The notes under the pieces: model-generated
Database searches by the model: none
Told to the model about the DNA's origin: nothing
What the model saw: only the letters and a program-made list of their open reading frames with translations
Shown: positions 17,652 to 20,443 of the stretch, piece by piece
Numbering within the stretch: the first letter of the stretch is position 1
How the letters are laid out: each line of letters starts with the position of its first letter
Position numbers and translations under genes: made by a program
Source of the DNA: Elusimicrobiota bacterium
Lineage (GTDB): Bacteria; Elusimicrobiota; Elusimicrobia; Elusimicrobiales; UBA9959
Length of the DNA: 20,443 nucleotides
Direction of reading: 5' to 3'
Assembly: GCA_037137395.1 (NCBI GenBank)
Contig: JBAXKK010000045.1
Location: 1 to 20,443 of the forward strand

Positions 17652-17897
17652 ATGGGAATCAAAGCTTGTTTATGCGGGTCATGCGGTTTCGGCAATAAAG
17701 CCGACGAGTGCGTTAAGTGCGGCCAACCTTTTGCAAAAATCCCGGCGCAACTTTGCGGAAATTGCGGCTTCGGCAACAAAGAAACGGAATGCGTGAAATG
17801 CGGCCAGCCTTTTGCCAGCACACAGGCGTTTTTATGTGACAATTGCGGTTTTGGCAATAAGGCAAACGAATGTATCAAATGCGGCAATCCGGTGTAA
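17652..17897 (+). CDS. 81-aa Cys-rich protein with three 27-aa repeats AxLCxxCGFGNKxxECxKCGxP (PHF5/Rds3-like or double zinc ribbon)
   Basis: ATG 17652 with GGGAGG RBS; six CxxC motifs; the 81-nt repeats differ largely at synonymous or variable codon positions, supporting a real gene. Confidence 0.85.
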   Translation: MGIKACLCGSCGFGNKADECVKCGQPFAKIPAQLCGNCGFGNKETECVKCGQPFASTQAFLCDNCGFGNKANECIKCGNPV

Positions 17898-17939
17898 GAT
17901 GTATAGGGTGACAAGAGCCTTTTATTGCAGGGAGAACCC

Positions 17940-18572
17940 ATGAAAGAAATTGATGAAAAAATAAAGGAGCTTGAGGAAGCAGCATTGGAAATTACAACCA
18001 CGAGAAACAGTATTATAAATCAGCTTATTAAACAATGGGAAACAAATCCAGACTCTGTTGATGAACTATTTTACAAGCTTCTTTCAGCCGAGTGGAAGTT
18101 GTCAGCTAACGGAACGGCATATGGAACACAACTTGAAAAATATCTTATTGACATTTTTCAAGGGGTTCTAAAAGGGAAACCATATAACATTGAGAAGCAT
18201 CAAAAGATTAGAGATCACAAAGTGGAAGATATTGTTATTACCGGCAAAAACTCTTCTCCGGTGAAGGTAGTTGTGGAAGTGAAATCATTTATCGAAAACA
18301 GCACTAGCTCACACAGCATACGGCTTTTAGAAAAAGCAAAAAAAGACATTGAAGACAAAACTGACATGAAATATAAATATTTTGTTTTTGCCAGTTCACA
18401 TTCTGGCAACCCATCGTTTGAGTCTTGGAAACCCAACAAAGACTGGATTTTTCTACAATCACACTATTTAAGTAAGACGGAATCCGGACGGATTTGGCTT
18501 GAGAAGGGTTTTGAGAGTTATTATCCGCTGAGAAGACTTATCAAAAGTATAGAAGAAGTTTTTGTGATTTGA
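17940..18572 (+). CDS. Putative PD-(D/E)XK restriction-endonuclease-fold nuclease with an N-terminal coiled coil
   Basis: GTQLE...VEDIVI...VVVEVKS motif order; ATG 17940 with AGGGAG RBS; AT-rich. Confidence 0.6.
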   Translation: MKEIDEKIKELEEAALEITTTRNSIINQLIKQWETNPDSVDELFYKLLSAEWKLSANGTAYGTQLEKYLIDIFQGVLKGKPYNIEKHQKIRDHKVEDIVITGKNSSPVKVVVEVKSFIENSTSSHSIRLLEKAKKDIEDKTDMKYKYFVFASSHSGNPSFESWKPNKDWIFLQSHYLSKTESGRIWLEKGFESYYPLRRLIKSIEEVFVI

Positions 18573-18654
18573 TTGCTACTCTTTTCCATTTCCGGCTTAT
18601 AAGACCTATTCTTTATCAACAATCCGGCGACATAATACTCATCTCCCTGGAAAC

Positions 18655-18694
18655 CACCGCGACACAATGCTGTCGCGGTGCCCCTGTATACTAT
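18655..18694 (+). promoter_or_regulatory. Putative WYL-activated promoter, copy C
   Basis: CACCGCGACA-CAATGC-TGTCGCGGTG; the 24-bp core is identical to 16321..16344; TGTCGC-N10-TATACTAT; ATG follows 6 nt after the -10 hexamer. Confidence 0.85.
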
Positions 18695-18698
18695 TATC

Positions 18699-19607
18699 AT
18701 GAAAATGTTCAAAAAACCAGAAATACTTTGCCGTGAGTGGATGGAAAGCACAATGAAAAAGTTTAATGGCTACTCCACACTGGATATCCCGCTGGGGTTC
18801 GAGTTTTATCCCGACACCCACTTCGGCTGCGGAGAGGTTTCCCTGATTTCCTCACGGCCAAGCCAGGGCAAAACGGCTTTTATCACATCGGTTCTTAATA
18901 ATCTGATAACTTCCGGCAAATATAACGCTGCGGTTTTTTTGCCGGACATGCCCACTGCTGAGTTTTTCTCAAGGCTTGTGGCAAGCCGGGCCGGTGTGGA
19001 TTACGGGAAAGTTAAGCGGGGCTTCATTACCAGGGACGATTGGATGCTGCTTCACAAAACCATGACGCGCCTTTCCAAAGCTAGGCTTTGGATTTCCGCT
19101 TCTAAGCGGTCCTCAACCGCTTCTGTGCGGGCGGAGGCCTTAAAATTAGCGCATGAACTGAAGCTACAAAAGAAAAAGCTGGACGTTGTTTTTATAGATT
19201 CGATTAATTCTCTGTCAGATTTTCCCGAGCGGCGCGAAGATAAAACCAACATACTGCGCGCCTTAAACCGCCTGGCAGAAGACACCGGCGCCGCTATTGT
19301 CTGCGCGTACAGCCTTGAAGATTTTCGGCAGGATGATCCCGCAGTTAGAGTGCGTCCTCAACTGCGCGATTTCCGTACTTGTGGCATATGTGAAGATGAG
19401 ATCGGCCTTATTATCAACATAGTCCGCCCCGAAGTTCATCAAACAACAAGTCTTAAACACGTAAACGTGGGAGACCTGGATATAGTGTGGAGCAGTTCGC
19501 GCGCCTACGGATATTCTGTCCCAGCCAGATTTGACCCGAAAACACTAATATTTTACACTGGAAAACCACGGGTCTGTAAGCAGGGGAAAAGCGTGCAAGC
19601 TCCATGA
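18699..19607 (+). CDS. DnaB-like helicase C-terminal (RecA-fold) domain protein, degenerate, lacking the N-terminal domain
   Basis: ISSRPSQGKTAF (H1), VFLPDM (H1a), VFIDSI (H2), RPQLRDFRTCGICEDE (H4-like). The start codon is uncertain (18699, 18705, 18741 or 18753). Confidence 0.8.
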   Translation: MKMFKKPEILCREWMESTMKKFNGYSTLDIPLGFEFYPDTHFGCGEVSLISSRPSQGKTAFITSVLNNLITSGKYNAAVFLPDMPTAEFFSRLVASRAGVDYGKVKRGFITRDDWMLLHKTMTRLSKARLWISASKRSSTASVRAEALKLAHELKLQKKKLDVVFIDSINSLSDFPERREDKTNILRALNRLAEDTGAAIVCAYSLEDFRQDDPAVRVRPQLRDFRTCGICEDEIGLIINIVRPEVHQTTSLKHVNVGDLDIVWSSSRAYGYSVPARFDPKTLIFYTGKPRVCKQGKSVQAP

Positions 19608-19691
19608 TGTCACCTTTGAGGAGTTGGCATCGCGTAACTTTTAAGGCATCCATTCAACGGGATTCGACGCGGCGGATAAGGATTTGAGTGT

Positions 19692-20303
19692 TTATTTGGT
19701 TGTAATTGTCTTAATTAACCTTTCCACATCTCCGGGCTTATCCAATGAAAGAATGGCGACATGATCTCTAAATTGCGGTTCATTTGCCAACTTGCTGAGT
19801 GAGTCTTGGCAAAAAAATGTGACGATATAAAACTTTTCATATTCCCCTTTCGCCAGCATTGCTTCAAAAAAAGCTTCTCCGAAACTATTATTAGTAAGAT
19901 AGGCTTTGAACTCAATAAAAATCGGTTTATCCGTTCCATTAGCGATGACAAAATCAATTCTCTTTTTAATTTCAAACCTCTTCAGATACTCCAGTGCGCA
20001 TGGTTGCTCAGAATGAACCTTGTTCTTATGTGTGTCTAAGCTCTTTAGTGCGGTGGAAAACGCCCTGGGGATCATGTTTTTATCGCCAGGACTTAAATGT
20101 TTCTCTCTACACCTTTTAATGTCGTTATCCAATGCATTGACAAAAGTTTCAAAGAACCTTGTCGCATCTGTGGCATCAGCGCCAGGTTTTGGCCTGAAAT
20201 ATCTTCGGTATGCAGAAATACCGCACTCTGGTTTTTCTAATCGACAATTTTCATTATCAATACACTTCCCATCACGCAAGAGTGTGTCCCAATTTTCTTC
20301 CAT
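19692..20303 (-). CDS. Putative PD-(D/E)XK nuclease-fold protein
   Basis: 203 aa. SEQP...RIDFVI...IFIEFKA motif; GGGGGA RBS; AT-rich. Confidence 0.6.
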   Translation of the reverse strand: MEENWDTLLRDGKCIDNENCRLEKPECGISAYRRYFRPKPGADATDATRFFETFVNALDNDIKRCREKHLSPGDKNMIPRAFSTALKSLDTHKNKVHSEQPCALEYLKRFEIKKRIDFVIANGTDKPIFIEFKAYLTNNSFGEAFFEAMLAKGEYEKFYIVTFFCQDSLSKLANEPQFRDHVAILSLDKPGDVERLIKTITTK

Positions 20304-20443
20304 AGGTCCCCCATTGTTCTGAATTGCCCGACTACTCTATTCTTTAGTTATTTTAGCAAACACTCTATACCGTCATAACCGGGTGTCTTGTGAGGTGGTC
20401 GGGAGAGTCTAGACTGGTATTAGGCTCTTCCTAAGGTGGATTG

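Noticed and set aside
18678..19607. Housekeeping replicative helicase dnaB
   Set aside because: It lacks the N-terminal domain and several catalytic motifs are altered, so the gene symbol was withheld.
19606..19631. Imperfect hairpin between convergent genes as a terminator
   Set aside because: The stem is bulged and has no adjacent U-tract on either strand; too weak to call.

Overview
Accessory, defence-island-like region of a bacterial genome. The left end (1-292) has a 55-bp tandem duplication, a degenerate 5' half of a tRNA-Arg(GCG) that stops at the anticodon loop, and TGGACACC direct repeats, together resembling an integration (att) junction. The minus strand from 13599 to 1267 is a tightly coupled 10-gene Type I restriction-modification operon (hsdM, hsdS, hsdR, YgjP-like M48 peptidase). 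It carries inserted cargo: a nucleotidyltransferase + wHTH pair, a HEPN-like DUF3644-type protein, a class III nucleotide cyclase + single-TM protein, and a Zn-ribbon/PIN-like protein. The right half holds a sigma-70 region-1.2/2-only protein divergent from a wHTH-WYL-WCX regulator. Three promoters share the architecture CGACA-N6-TGTCG(C/G)-N10-TAYACTAT, matching the PafBC-type WYL-activated promoter geometry. They precede (i) an AAA+ ATPase, a three-repeat Cys-rich protein resembling spliceosomal PHF5A/Rds3 and a PD-(D/E)XK nuclease, (ii) a degenerate DnaB C-terminal-domain protein and (iii) a 71-aa orphan. This putative WYL regulon is the best candidate for an undescribed system. All family assignments are from motif recognition by eye; no searches were run.
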